A stretch of 64,000 bases of DNA from Calditrichia bacterium (GCA_050633245.1 JBOEGD010000020.1:56176-120175); one strand, 5' to 3'. Positions 30,111 through 40,108 are shown, counted from the stretch's first letter. Notes: generated from the sequence alone by a model not told the origin. Translations and numbers: made by a program.

Positions 30111-30845
30111 ATGATGAATTTAAACGAGTTTCAATCACAACATAGTTCGTTTCACATATTATACCGTGATGACCATTACATTGCCATTGAAAAGCCAGCC
30201 GCAATTCATGTGCACCCAACGTCCCTTTCTCCACGTGAAACCAGTTGCATGCAGATACTGCGAAATCAGATTGACCAGTGGGTTTATACGGTTCATCGTT
30301 TAGATCGTGCTACATCAGGGGTGTTGATATTTGCTTTGTCCTCTGAGGCCGCGAAACGACTGCATGCGCTTTTTGTTGAAAGAAAGATAAAAAAACGCTA
30401 TCTGGCTGTAGTACGTGGCTGGCTTGCTGAACCAGGTGGAGTAATTGATTATCCGCTGCGAGAAAGTGATACGCACGAGCTGCAGGAAGCGCAAACGGCC
30501 TATCAGGTTTTGGATACTATTGAGTTTCAAATTCCGATTAGCAAGTTTCCTACCGCACGTTTTTCACTCGTGGAGGCTCTGCCGCATACCGGTCGTAATA
30601 ATCAAATCCGTAAACACTTTGCCCATCTGCGTCATCCGATTATCGGTGACACCAATTATGGGGATGGAAAGCAAAATCGTTTTTTTCGAGAACATCTGAA
30701 TTTACATCGTCTCATGCTTATGGCTACGCATCTTCAGTTTCAGCATCCGTTTACCGGTGAGGAGATTCGATTAACCTCAAATATGCCGGAAGAGCTGCGT
30801 TTGGGTTTTGAAGAGATTGGCTGGAGTACGGACTTTTATAGGTAG
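30111..30845 (+). CDS. truC: RluA-family pseudouridine synthase, TruC-like
   Basis: 'HRLDRATSGV', 'GRNNQIRKH', 'HPIIGD..YGD'; start codon approximate. Confidence 0.85.
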   Translation: MMNLNEFQSQHSSFHILYRDDHYIAIEKPAAIHVHPTSLSPRETSCMQILRNQIDQWVYTVHRLDRATSGVLIFALSSEAAKRLHALFVERKIKKRYLAVVRGWLAEPGGVIDYPLRESDTHELQEAQTAYQVLDTIEFQIPISKFPTARFSLVEALPHTGRNNQIRKHFAHLRHPIIGDTNYGDGKQNRFFREHLNLHRLMLMATHLQFQHPFTGEEIRLTSNMPEELRLGFEEIGWSTDFYR

Positions 30846-30901
30846 CAGGTCGCGGTGAAAAATAGTGAGAATAAGCAGTGAGAAAGAAAATGATGATTTG
30901 C

Positions 30902-30948
30902 GTCAGACTGAGCCCTCGGCTTCGCTAAGGATAGACTCCGTCGAAGTC
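30902..30948. repeat. degenerate GTCAGACTGAGC...GTCGAAGTC REP-like element
   Basis: gtcagactgagccctcggcttcgctaaggatagactccgtcgaagtc; resembles a palindromic repeat type recalled from FCB genomes. Confidence 0.4.
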
Positions 30949-31089
30949 AGAGCGAAAGGTGAGACGCGGTGAGAAACAGGCAATGAGGCGGTTATGATAG
31001 TAATTGCCAGAAGGGGCGATATGTAACTTATCTAAGCAACAAAAAATGCCCGACTGATGTAAATATGGTGTAAAGCCCAGGAGCTTGTA

Positions 31090-32058
31090 ATGAAAAAGAT
31101 TGTCGTTTATAGAATTTGCATCGTTTTACTGACCGTTTGTCTTGTCGGGTGTGGAGGGCAAGAACCCTCCGTGCGAACCATCGAGCTGCCGAAAAAAGAT
31201 TTGATTCCAGAGGGGACCGCATTTAACGAAACAACAAATTCAATCTACGTTGGATCTATTTATCGGCAAAAAATAATTGAGATTACCATCGACGGTGAGG
31301 TGCGGGATTTGCTCGGACAAGACTTGTTCGGAGAGCTGAGTCCGGTGGGCATAGAATTTGATGACTCGAATCATACTCTCTGGATAAATATGGCCTTGTC
31401 CCCGGTTGTAAATCAAACATTAGCCGAGGAATGGAAAACCGGGCTAATGGCCTATGATATAAAAAAGAAAGTTAGCTGGCACTATTTGTTGGAAGATAGT
31501 CTGCCCAGTTTCTTTAATGATTTGACCGTTTTGCCGAACGGAGACGTTATTATTACGGAAACGGCCAATGCTCGCCTGTTTCGCTTCGATGCGACTATTC
31601 AAAAATTACAGCTGTACGCTAATCTGGAAGAAACTAATTTCCCGAACGGTATTACCTATCATGAGCCGAGTAGGAATCTGTTTGTTTCGACGAATCAGGG
31701 TATTGTTAAAATTGATATGGTTTCCAAAGAGCAGACTTTATTAAACGTCGCCGATGGAATTAATGCCACAGTCATCGATGGACTATCACTGCACGAGAAT
31801 TATTTTATTGGCCACCAAAGCAGTAAGATTACGAGGTTTTATGTTGATAAAAGCTTTACAACACTCACCGAAAGCGATGTATTTGATAGCGGCCCCGAGT
31901 TTGATTCCAGCACGACCGGCGAAGTTGGAGACGGCTTCTATCACTATATTGTTAACTCGCAAATTCGCAGCGGCGTAGAAAATAAACGCATTAAACCGCT
32001 GGATAGTCTGGAAACAATTCTTATCAGAAGCAAGCTGCTCGCATCTGATAAGAAATAA
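31090..32058 (+). CDS. SMP-30/gluconolactonase-like beta-propeller lipoprotein
   Basis: Lipobox 'LVGC'; 'PEG', 'FNDLTV', 'FPNGI', 'IDGL'. Confidence 0.75.
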   Translation: MKKIVVYRICIVLLTVCLVGCGGQEPSVRTIELPKKDLIPEGTAFNETTNSIYVGSIYRQKIIEITIDGEVRDLLGQDLFGELSPVGIEFDDSNHTLWINMALSPVVNQTLAEEWKTGLMAYDIKKKVSWHYLLEDSLPSFFNDLTVLPNGDVIITETANARLFRFDATIQKLQLYANLEETNFPNGITYHEPSRNLFVSTNQGIVKIDMVSKEQTLLNVADGINATVIDGLSLHENYFIGHQSSKITRFYVDKSFTTLTESDVFDSGPEFDSSTTGEVGDGFYHYIVNSQIRSGVENKRIKPLDSLETILIRSKLLASDKK

Positions 32059-32072
32059 ACAGAGGTGCTGTC

Positions 32073-32447
32073 ATGAACCATGATGCTATTATCAATCAGC
32101 TGTTTGAGGCCTTTAAAGATATTCGGTATGTTAGTATTTATCAAAACAAGCAGCTTACCTATACGCAGAGAGAGGCAGAGTTGGAAGGTGCTTCCTCGGG
32201 TGATACGGATCGGTTTGAAGAATTATTGGTGAATCCAACCTTGCTAAAGCTGGCTGGGCAGAGAGGAGATATCGACTGTGGTGGTCTCGATTATATGATT
32301 ATTTCATACGGCAATTTTTTTCAGCTGGTAAAATCTATCGAAGGTGGCCATCTTTCGATAGCACTTGAAAAAGGTGCGGATATAAGCAGTCTACCCGGGA
32401 ATATTCTGAGTTATGTCGCTTCCAACTTCAAGACATTGCGCTTTTAA
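32073..32447 (+). CDS. hypothetical protein, possible roadblock/profilin-like fold
   Basis: 124 aa; SD gagg; 'CGGLDYMIISYGNFFQLV'. Confidence 0.65.
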   Translation: MNHDAIINQLFEAFKDIRYVSIYQNKQLTYTQREAELEGASSGDTDRFEELLVNPTLLKLAGQRGDIDCGGLDYMIISYGNFFQLVKSIEGGHLSIALEKGADISSLPGNILSYVASNFKTLRF

Positions 32448-32448
32448 A

Positions 32449-33381
32449 ATGACGCGTTTTGAAAAGGTCTTTCTTGAATCGAAGCTGATTCTAACCGAAG
32501 GTGCTTTGGTTGAGCGATTAAAATCTGAGTTTAATCTGGAAATGAATCAACATCTGAATCATGCCGGATTGATTTATGATAACCCTGAGCCACTTGAGAT
32601 ACTTTATCGTCAATACATCGATATTGCGGTGCAGCATTCCCTTCCAATTATGATAATGACGCCGACGAGACGAGTGAATAGTGAGTCGCTTGCGCGATCG
32701 GTGCATAGAATCAAAAATGTTCTTTCAGACTCAGCAGATTTTTTACATGACATCCGCGCCAGCTATTCAAACCACTCGCAAAACATCATGAATGGTGGAC
32801 TATTGGGTTGTAAGGGTGACGCCTACAGCGGCGAGAAGATATTAGATGCAAATGCTGCATACGATTTTCACAGGATGCAGACAAAACAGTTTGAGAGCAC
32901 AAAGGTTGATTTTCTATTTGCCGGAATTATGCCGGAAATAAATGAAGCACTGGGAATGGCGCGAGCTATGGCTGAAACGAACATCCCATTTATTATCAGC
33001 TTCATGCTGCACAAGAATGGTTGTCTGCTGGATGGCACCTTGCTGGCAGACGCTATAAAAACTATTGATGAGCAGATAGCGCCGAAACCAATTTGTTATA
33101 TGACCAACTGTATTCATCCCACCAATTTGAAGCAGGCTTTTTTCAATGAGAAAAATCATACTCGGACGGAACTCAAGCGCTTTAGTGGTGTCCAGGCGAA
33201 CGCATCCATTTTGAGCCCGGAAGAACTGAATAATTGCTCGGTTCTCCATCAGGATGATTTTGATAACCTTGTCGATGAAATGCGCGTGCTAAAAGAGCAG
33301 TTTGGCCTAAAAATCATCGGCGGTTGTTGTGGAACTGATGAGCAGTTAATCGCGGACCTCGCCAATAAGCTAAAAACGTAG
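32449..33381 (+). CDS. homocysteine S-methyltransferase family protein
   Basis: 'TNC' and terminal 'IIGGCCGT' zinc ligands. Confidence 0.85.
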   Translation: MTRFEKVFLESKLILTEGALVERLKSEFNLEMNQHLNHAGLIYDNPEPLEILYRQYIDIAVQHSLPIMIMTPTRRVNSESLARSVHRIKNVLSDSADFLHDIRASYSNHSQNIMNGGLLGCKGDAYSGEKILDANAAYDFHRMQTKQFESTKVDFLFAGIMPEINEALGMARAMAETNIPFIISFMLHKNGCLLDGTLLADAIKTIDEQIAPKPICYMTNCIHPTNLKQAFFNEKNHTRTELKRFSGVQANASILSPEELNNCSVLHQDDFDNLVDEMRVLKEQFGLKIIGGCCGTDEQLIADLANKLKT

Positions 33382-33517
33382 TCTAAAATGATACACTGAG
33401 TAACACATCTGATTTTTTAAATTCCAACTATTTTGAAGTTTTTTTGTCATTACTGTGATTCTTACGAAGGCTCTGCGAATAATAGAGAGAAAGTAAAATT
33501 ACAAAGAGAGATGACAT

Positions 33518-34513
33518 ATGTTTAAATTACGTAAAATGCTACTGATTAGCTTGTTTGCCGGTTTAGTCTATTTATTTTTAGCATTCAGTCTTGTTTATTT
33601 ATCTGAACCCTCCTTCGAAGAGCCTTTACAAATGAGCCCGGAAGAGCTGCAGTCGACAGGCTTAAATTTCGAACAGAATTACTCTTATACGACGAGGCAG
33701 TTCTCTACCCGAGATGGCATTAAGCTGTCTGCAAATTGTTTCGAAGTCGATTCTGATATTACAATTCTTTTAGTTCACGGGATTTTAGCTACCAGCTTTC
33801 AGTTGAATACGACGAGCGGTTTGTTGCGAGAGGCTGCAAATGCAAATGTTATAGCATTGAATTTACGCGGCCACGGTCAATCGGAAGGAGCGCCTGGTAA
33901 TCTCGATTATGTTGATCAATATGTTGACGATATAAACGATGTTGTGGAGATTATCAGAAATCGCGACCCGCGGCAGAAAGTTATTTTGGCAGGGCATTCG
34001 ATGGGAGGCGGGATCGCAATGCGGTATGTGTTAAAGGCGGGCGTAACAGATGTGGACGGCTATCTGTTATATGCCCCCGCACTTGGTTGGGAAGCTCCTA
34101 CTACTCGCAAAGAAGGCTCTTCTGATAGTGAAGAGTTTGCGAAATTGCACCTTGCAAGGTTTATCGGGCTTACTTTACTAAATTCTGTCGGAATTACATT
34201 CTTGTCTGATAAGGACGTGCTGTTTTTTAACTTACCGGAAGGCTCTCCGTTAAGAACTTACTCGTATACAAGTTTGGTTAGCATGTCTCCGGAAGACGCG
34301 GCAAAAGCGTTTCAGGCTGTGGATAAGCCGTTGCTGGTGATCGTCGGTGAAAATGATGAGATGTTTTATGCTGATCGTTTCGAGCCACTTGTCCGACAAA
34401 ATAGCGATGGCTTGGTTCACGTAATTAAGGAAGCCAATCATAATTCGATTCATTATGACGTTCGGTCTTTAGCAGTTGTGAACAGTTGGTTATCTGAAAA
34501 AAGCAGCGAATAG
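33518..34513 (+). CDS. alpha/beta hydrolase with N-terminal anchor
   Basis: 'LVHG', 'LRGHGQS', nucleophile elbow GHSMGG, 'GENDE', His in 'ANHNS'. Confidence 0.9.
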   Translation: MFKLRKMLLISLFAGLVYLFLAFSLVYLSEPSFEEPLQMSPEELQSTGLNFEQNYSYTTRQFSTRDGIKLSANCFEVDSDITILLVHGILATSFQLNTTSGLLREAANANVIALNLRGHGQSEGAPGNLDYVDQYVDDINDVVEIIRNRDPRQKVILAGHSMGGGIAMRYVLKAGVTDVDGYLLYAPALGWEAPTTRKEGSSDSEEFAKLHLARFIGLTLLNSVGITFLSDKDVLFFNLPEGSPLRTYSYTSLVSMSPEDAAKAFQAVDKPLLVIVGENDEMFYADRFEPLVRQNSDGLVHVIKEANHNSIHYDVRSLAVVNSWLSEKSSE

Positions 34514-34523
34514 CGATATTCCA

Positions 34524-35024
34524 ATGAAAAAAAGTAAAGAGGAATTCCTTGGTATTCTGGAAGCTAACCGAGGAATTATTTTCAAAATCTGCAATAGTTA
34601 CTGTTCAGATTCGGAGGATCGCAAAGATCTTGTACAAGATGTTATTGTTCAGCTTTGGAGAAGCTTTGACAAGTATGATGAGCAGTATAAGATTACAACG
34701 TGGATGTACCGAATTGCCTTGAATGTGGCAATTTCTTCAAGTCGTAAATCCGCAACGCGCAACAAATATGCAACACAAATAGATCATGAATTTGTTTTTA
34801 TCTCTGATTACGACGATTCCGATCAATCCGAAGATCTTATCTTGCTTCGGGGGTTTATTAATCAGCTTGATGACATGAATAAAGCACTTATGGTGCTGTA
34901 CCTGGATGGGAATAGTTATGATGAGATGGCATCTATACTCAACATTTCCTCCAGTAGCGTTGGTACAAAGCTGGCAAGAATTAAACAACAATTACGACAA
35001 CAATTTGAGAACCTGGAAGATTAA
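34524..35024 (+). CDS. ECF sigma-70 factor
   Basis: 'DLVQD...QLW', 'TWMYRIALN', region 4 'SYDEMASILNIS.SSVGTKL.R'. Confidence 0.93.
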   Translation: MKKSKEEFLGILEANRGIIFKICNSYCSDSEDRKDLVQDVIVQLWRSFDKYDEQYKITTWMYRIALNVAISSSRKSATRNKYATQIDHEFVFISDYDDSDQSEDLILLRGFINQLDDMNKALMVLYLDGNSYDEMASILNISSSSVGTKLARIKQQLRQQFENLED

Positions 35025-35683
35025 TGGACTTGGATAACTTAAAACAGGCGTGGCAAAAGCAGGAAAAACAGCTCCAGAATAGCTGGAAGCTAAACCTGGA
35101 ATTATTGCGGACAATTAATCTGGATAAGGCGAAGTCGAGGATGGATAGCCTTACTCGGATTACAGCGATAACACTTGTTTTCTACCTTGGCAGTGCGTTG
35201 TTGTTTGCTTTCTTCGCGGTTCAAAATATAGGCAAGATGCAGTTTGTTCTCTCTGGTGGGTTGCTAGCCTTTTGGGCAAGTCTTATTGCAAGTGGTTCGA
35301 TGCGACAGCTTGGTCTAATCGCCCAAATAGACTATTCAGAGCCAATTCCGGTATTACAAAAAAAGCTTGAGACGTTAAAACTTGTTATCTTGAGGTACCT
35401 GCGACTAGGCGTATGGATTTTACCATTTTATATGGCGTTTGTTGTTATTGGATTTAAGGTATTGCTCGGAATCGATATAATTGCGTTCGGTGATACAAAA
35501 TGGTTGATCGTTCAGGCTATGTTAAGTATTGCCTTTATACCATTAACAATTTGGCTTTATAAAAAGCTGAGTCCGGAAAACATAAATAAGGAGTGGGTGA
35601 ATACGCTCCTAAAAGGTGCGGGTAGCCAAATATCCGACGCGCTGGAGTGTATCAAAAAAATTGAGCAATTTGAGGAAAATTAG
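35024..35683 (+). CDS. membrane protein, probable anti-sigma factor
   Basis: TAATG coupling to the sigma gene; 'MDLDNLKQAW' N-terminus; about 4 TMs. Confidence 0.7.
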   Translation: MDLDNLKQAWQKQEKQLQNSWKLNLELLRTINLDKAKSRMDSLTRITAITLVFYLGSALLFAFFAVQNIGKMQFVLSGGLLAFWASLIASGSMRQLGLIAQIDYSEPIPVLQKKLETLKLVILRYLRLGVWILPFYMAFVVIGFKVLLGIDIIAFGDTKWLIVQAMLSIAFIPLTIWLYKKLSPENINKEWVNTLLKGAGSQISDALECIKKIEQFEEN

Positions 35684-35741
35684 TTTTCCTCATTTCCTCA
35701 TGTAATCATTTAATCTTCTTTATCCCTTTTATCCATGTTGC

Positions 35742-35769
35742 AAAATGCCGCTACCTTTCGGCAGCGGCA
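35742..35769 (-). terminator. intrinsic terminator hairpin
   Basis: tgccgctgcc-gaaa-ggtagcggca-tttt on the minus strand. Confidence 0.75.
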
Positions 35770-35889
35770 CTCGCATGTTCCCGATGTTTACCAGAGGAGT
35801 GGTATTTTATGGGTCTCCCAACTAATTCCATAGACCTTATGGCGTCTTTAAACCGCTGAAATAAAACTGATGAGGATCTTATGGCATCC

Positions 35890-35976
35890 TCAGACCGCTG
35901 AGAGCTGTGTTGCAAAGAGCACTCCAATGGCGGAGATGATAAACAACATCAGCTTGATTTTTTGCTTCTCACTCAT
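35890..35976 (-). CDS. putative 28-aa small membrane peptide (MSEKQKIKLMLFIISAIGVLFATQLSAV)
   Basis: SD gggag, one hydrophobic segment, upstream sigma54-like motif, downstream terminator; below the ORF-track cutoff. Confidence 0.45.
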   Translation of the reverse strand: MSEKQKIKLMLFIISAIGVLFATQLSAV

Positions 35977-36037
35977 AACGTCTCTCCCAACTCCGGAAGA
36001 TTCATGTCAATGCTTCTTCATCGTTTGCCTTAATTAT

Positions 36038-36054
36038 ATCAAATGGCTTGCCAA
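36038..36054 (-). promoter_or_regulatory. sigma54-like -24/-12 motif
   Basis: TTGGCAAGCCATTTGAT (GG-N10-GA, non-canonical -12). Confidence 0.4.
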
Positions 36055-36270
36055 TTCCAGTTCGCTTGCTTTCAAGTGTTTGTTTTGAAAAGGTTTGCCT
36101 TGTTTTTGTGTTGTACCAAATAGTAAGTAATTGTTAACAAAGTTATCAGTTAGCTGTTAAGCTAATAAGCAAAATGGGCGACGATAGAGACATCTGTCTG
36201 GTAGAATGTGTCTTGACTCTGCCGGCTTTTTCAGCGAAATTAAGCTGCTTATTGCTTTAAAGGAGAAAAG

Positions 36271-36918
36271 ATGGAGCGTTTTCGCGCATTTATCCGAACC
36301 TCATTGTTGGGTGGTATTGTCGTTGTGTTACCGGCGGTGCTCTTGCTAATTATTTTCAATTGGTTGTTTGATATTGTTACCGATATGATTCAACCCTTTA
36401 CCAATCTGGTTCGAGCTAATTATGAAGTACCGGAGTTCTTTGCTGATGTAATGGTAATGGGAATTATTCTGGCCAGCTGCTTCCTGATTGGAGTCACCGT
36501 TAAGACCAAGGTGGGTAACTTTATTCATCAGTCGCTAGAGAACAAGATTCTACGAATTGCTCCCGGTTATACCATGATCAAAGAGACCGTTATGCATCTG
36601 TTTGGCGGAAAGCAATCGCCATTCTCGTCCGTTGCTCTGGTAAAAATCTTTGATAACGACACCTTAATGACCGCATTCGTTACTGATCGCACTGAGGCCA
36701 GCGTTACAGTTTTTGTGCCCACGGGTCCCAATCCGACCTCCGGTCTTATTTATCATCTAAAGCCGGATAATGTTTATCCGGTAGATGTACCGGTTGAACT
36801 GGCTATGCGCAGCATTATCAGCTGTGGTGCCGGATCGCATGAGATGGTAGAGAAGCTGGATGCCGAGGCGGTATATCCAGTGAACGGTGAACAGGCAACG
36901 GTGAACGGTGAACGGTGA
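36271..36918 (+). CDS. DUF502 family membrane protein
   Basis: 'P..Y..IKE', 'VFVPTGPNPTSG', 'IISCG'. Confidence 0.9.
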   Translation: MERFRAFIRTSLLGGIVVVLPAVLLLIIFNWLFDIVTDMIQPFTNLVRANYEVPEFFADVMVMGIILASCFLIGVTVKTKVGNFIHQSLENKILRIAPGYTMIKETVMHLFGGKQSPFSSVALVKIFDNDTLMTAFVTDRTEASVTVFVPTGPNPTSGLIYHLKPDNVYPVDVPVELAMRSIISCGAGSHEMVEKLDAEAVYPVNGEQATVNGER

Positions 36919-36935
36919 ACGGTGAACAGGCAACG
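36880..36935. repeat. heptamer array GTGAACG x8 (with variants) overlapping the DUF502 stop
   Basis: gtgaacg gtgaaca ggcaacg gtgaacg gtgaacg gtgaacg gtgaaca ggcaacg. Confidence 0.9.
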
Positions 36936-37004
36936 GACGATACACCGCTCACCGCTTGCCTTTTTAATCTATTCCTGCTATCTTCCCCAAAAAGGTGACG
37001 CATC

Positions 37005-38747
37005 TTGTCCGAAAAGCCCGGCTTCTCAATCCGCGCGGCGATTATCGCTGTTTTTCTCTCCATATTTTTATTAGCAAGCTCAACATATATCGCAATTCAG
37101 CTGGGTGCGCTTCCCTGGCCGATAATTTTTTCAGTCATTGTTTCTGGCGGACTGCTAAAGGCTTTTCAGCGTAAAGGCGGAGTAGATGTAAATGAGATAA
37201 ATGTGGCGCAGGCTGGAAGTAGTATCGGTGGGCTCGTCGCAGCAGGACTTGCATTTACAATTCCCGGAATATTGTATCTGAATCAGGAAAAGGGCATGGA
37301 TATTCCCTGGCCCAATCCATGGTTACTTGCTTTGCTAACGGCAGCTGCAGGCGTGTTGGGCATTTTACTCTCCATGCCGTTGAAGCGCACATTTATCGAT
37401 GAAGAAGAGTTACCCTATCCCGCCGGAACTGCGGGCGCCGAGTTATTGCGTCTGGGAAAAACAGGGGGGAGTCGGTTGTCGTTAATCGTTTGCGTTGGTG
37501 CAGCTGCGGCAATCTTTGCTCTGCTGCGCGGCAACTATTTTGCTGCCGGATTTACCTTTACTTCACTTGCTGCAATTGGAATCTATCTCACGCTGGTGCC
37601 GTTGCCACTGGCGATTGGAAGTGGATACATCCTTGGTCCACGTGCCGGGCTATCCTGGTTTGCCGGGGCGATTATCGGCTGGATCTTACTAATGCCCTAC
37701 CTTACCAGTATTGAAATGCCTTTTGAGAATGCGCGCGCGCTTACCCAAAACCTGGGAATGGGAATTGTTCTCGGTTCCGGAATCGGTTTTTTTGCCGGAT
37801 ACGTGGTGCCGCGATTCAAAACGATTTTTAGCAATATCTTCGATTCGCGTAGCGGATTTATGAGGCTGCTACCACTCATCCTGATAATATCCTTGGGAAG
37901 CCTTTGGTTATTGGGAGTACCGTGGGTCGCCTCCATTTTAACTGTTGCCGGTGTATGGATCATGGTTGCGGTTGCTGCAAGAATGACAGGTGAAACAAAT
38001 ATTAACCCGCTCGAGCAGTTCGGTATCTTTATTGGACTGGTCATCGCGCTGCTGTATCAGCTTGGGAACAGCGAGATTGGTGTTTATGCCTCGTTCATGA
38101 TTGTCACATTTGTAAGCGTTGCCTGTGCTATTGCCGGGGATGCCGGACATGACTATAAATCTGCCAAGATTATTGGTACGCGCTTTAAAGATATTATTAA
38201 GGTGGATTTGATTGCTGTTTTAGCGGCGTCGATTGCAGCACCATTTATTTTTGAAACCATCCGGTTGGGATCAGCAGATCTTTTGTTTACACCTGCTCTT
38301 CCGGCACCTCAAGCTCAACTTGTTGCCAGCAGCATTTTCGGATTTGAATACCCAATTGCATTTATGATCGGATTCTTCATTGCATTTATCGCCGAGATAA
38401 TAAATATATTTTTGCCTGAAAACCTGCGTGGTAAAGTCATGGTTATGCCAGCGGGAATTGGTTTGTTTCTAGGTCTGGGTTTGGCAATCCCGATTGCGCT
38501 TGGAGCACTCATCCGCATGTACATCGATAACCATCATGCAAAGCATTACCTTGCCGGATTGCTAATCGCCGCTGGTATTATGGGCGGAGAAGGCATTGCG
38601 GGTTTTGGTAATGGCGCACTAACTGTTTTGCTCTCGCGACTAAACATTCCGGCTGACTATGGCCTTTGGGGACTGATGACGGTGTTTATTGTAACGATGT
38701 TGTTGGGTTTGGTGCTGTATCGCCGTACGGCAATGATGGATGATTGA
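37005..38747 (+). CDS. OPT/YSL family oligopeptide transporter
   Basis: 'EINVAQ', 'LPYPAGTAGAELL', 'GETNINP', 'PAPQA', 'GIMGGEGI'. Confidence 0.88.
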   Translation: MSEKPGFSIRAAIIAVFLSIFLLASSTYIAIQLGALPWPIIFSVIVSGGLLKAFQRKGGVDVNEINVAQAGSSIGGLVAAGLAFTIPGILYLNQEKGMDIPWPNPWLLALLTAAAGVLGILLSMPLKRTFIDEEELPYPAGTAGAELLRLGKTGGSRLSLIVCVGAAAAIFALLRGNYFAAGFTFTSLAAIGIYLTLVPLPLAIGSGYILGPRAGLSWFAGAIIGWILLMPYLTSIEMPFENARALTQNLGMGIVLGSGIGFFAGYVVPRFKTIFSNIFDSRSGFMRLLPLILIISLGSLWLLGVPWVASILTVAGVWIMVAVAARMTGETNINPLEQFGIFIGLVIALLYQLGNSEIGVYASFMIVTFVSVACAIAGDAGHDYKSAKIIGTRFKDIIKVDLIAVLAASIAAPFIFETIRLGSADLLFTPALPAPQAQLVASSIFGFEYPIAFMIGFFIAFIAEIINIFLPENLRGKVMVMPAGIGLFLGLGLAIPIALGALIRMYIDNHHAKHYLAGLLIAAGIMGGEGIAGFGNGALTVLLSRLNIPADYGLWGLMTVFIVTMLLGLVLYRRTAMMDD

Positions 38748-38890
38748 TGAATAAAATACACTCATAAATCATCCATCATAATTCATCAATTGAATCTCTT
38801 GTTATCGCTTATTCCCTTTCCTAAATTGATGATCCTTAAAACGAATTCCGTGTCTGTAGTTAATAAGATTAAATCTGTGGTTGCTTGAAT

Positions 38891-40108
38891 ATGTCCTCCT
38901 CTATCGATGCCTCAAGAGTCGTACCGCGATCACAGATGTTGCTTATTGGTGCCGGAATTCTACTGACGATGCTTCCGGTTACGTTAATTGTAACCGTCCT
39001 CAAGGAACTCATCAGCCTGCGCTTTTCCGTAAGTCTGTTCTGGGCTCACGCCTTTATGTCTACCAGTCTTTTTGGTGCCATTTTATTTGCCCCATTTGCC
39101 GGCATGATTGTCGATTATATGCCCAGCCGACGTTCGGTAATCATAGTTGCCCTTGTTTTAAATGCAGTCTGCTTTTTTATCATGTGGCAAACGACATCCT
39201 TTGAAGTTATGCTGACGGCACGTTTTGTTGAAGGTGCCGCGCATATTACGGCGCTTACCGCCTGGATGGCGTCCGGAGCCTCGCTTGGAGATTCATCTAG
39301 ATCCGGTAGGATTATGGGTGCGCTGGGCGGACTGTTGATTCTGGGCATTACGATAGGTGTACCGCTCGGCGGGATTATCGCAAAATCTGAGCCGTCGAAT
39401 GTACTTTGGAGTGCAGGAGTTATTTCGCTTGTTGCAGCGTTTGTTGCAATTGGCGTAAGCAGCCAGAAAAGCAATTCTGAGCCTACAGCATTTCGCGATT
39501 ATCTTAAAATGTTGCAGCAGACGCCTTGGTTGCTATTACCCTATGCCTACACGTTCATCGATCGCCTGTGTATTGGAATTGTTATCTCGTCGGTAACGCT
39601 TTACATGAGCGAAGTGCTAAATATGGATCCGGCAACCCGTGGGATTGAGCTTTTTTACTTTTTGCTGCCGTTTGCGTTGCTGTCCTATCCGGCTGGACGC
39701 TTGTCCGACCGAATTGGCCGGATTTGGCAGATGGCTATTGGGACGATTCTGTTCGGCACTGTCTATATGATGTATGGATTTGCGGAAGGTGCAGTTTTCA
39801 GCCTTCTTATGGTTGTTAGCGGTATTCTCTGCGCATTGATGTTTGCTCCGAATTTGGCAATGTGCAGAGATTTATCTTCTGAAGAGCAAAAGGGCAGTGC
39901 ATTTGCCGGTTATAATGTGGCTGGCTCGCTCGGCTTTGCAGTTGGGCCCTTATTGGGGGGAACTATTTATGCCTGGTTGATTTCTTCAAATGACCAGATT
40001 TCTGCTTTTCAACAGACGTTTATTATTGCCGGTTCATTCGAAGTGCTTTGTGCGCTGATTTCGCTGCCATTCTTAATAAAGCTCTATCGTTCCGGATTGG
40101 CGCGATAG
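38891..40108 (+). CDS. MFS transporter
   Basis: 12 TMs; motif A 'GRLSDRIGR'. Confidence 0.9.
   Translation: MSSSIDASRVVPRSQMLLIGAGILLTMLPVTLIVTVLKELISLRFSVSLFWAHAFMSTSLFGAILFAPFAGMIVDYMPSRRSVIIVALVLNAVCFFIMWQTTSFEVMLTARFVEGAAHITALTAWMASGASLGDSSRSGRIMGALGGLLILGITIGVPLGGIIAKSEPSNVLWSAGVISLVAAFVAIGVSSQKSNSEPTAFRDYLKMLQQTPWLLLPYAYTFIDRLCIGIVISSVTLYMSEVLNMDPATRGIELFYFLLPFALLSYPAGRLSDRIGRIWQMAIGTILFGTVYMMYGFAEGAVFSLLMVVSGILCALMFAPNLAMCRDLSSEEQKGSAFAGYNVAGSLGFAVGPLLGGTIYAWLISSNDQISAFQQTFIIAGSFEVLCALISLPFLIKLYRSGLAR

Noticed and set aside
29001-35683. Integron cassette array or genomic island
   Set aside because: No attC-like sites, integrase or tRNA anchor recognised; a composition shift could not be computed.
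35867-35895. Hammerhead ribozyme (CTGATGA followed by a stem)
   Set aside because: The stem is followed by TCAG rather than the required GAAA core.
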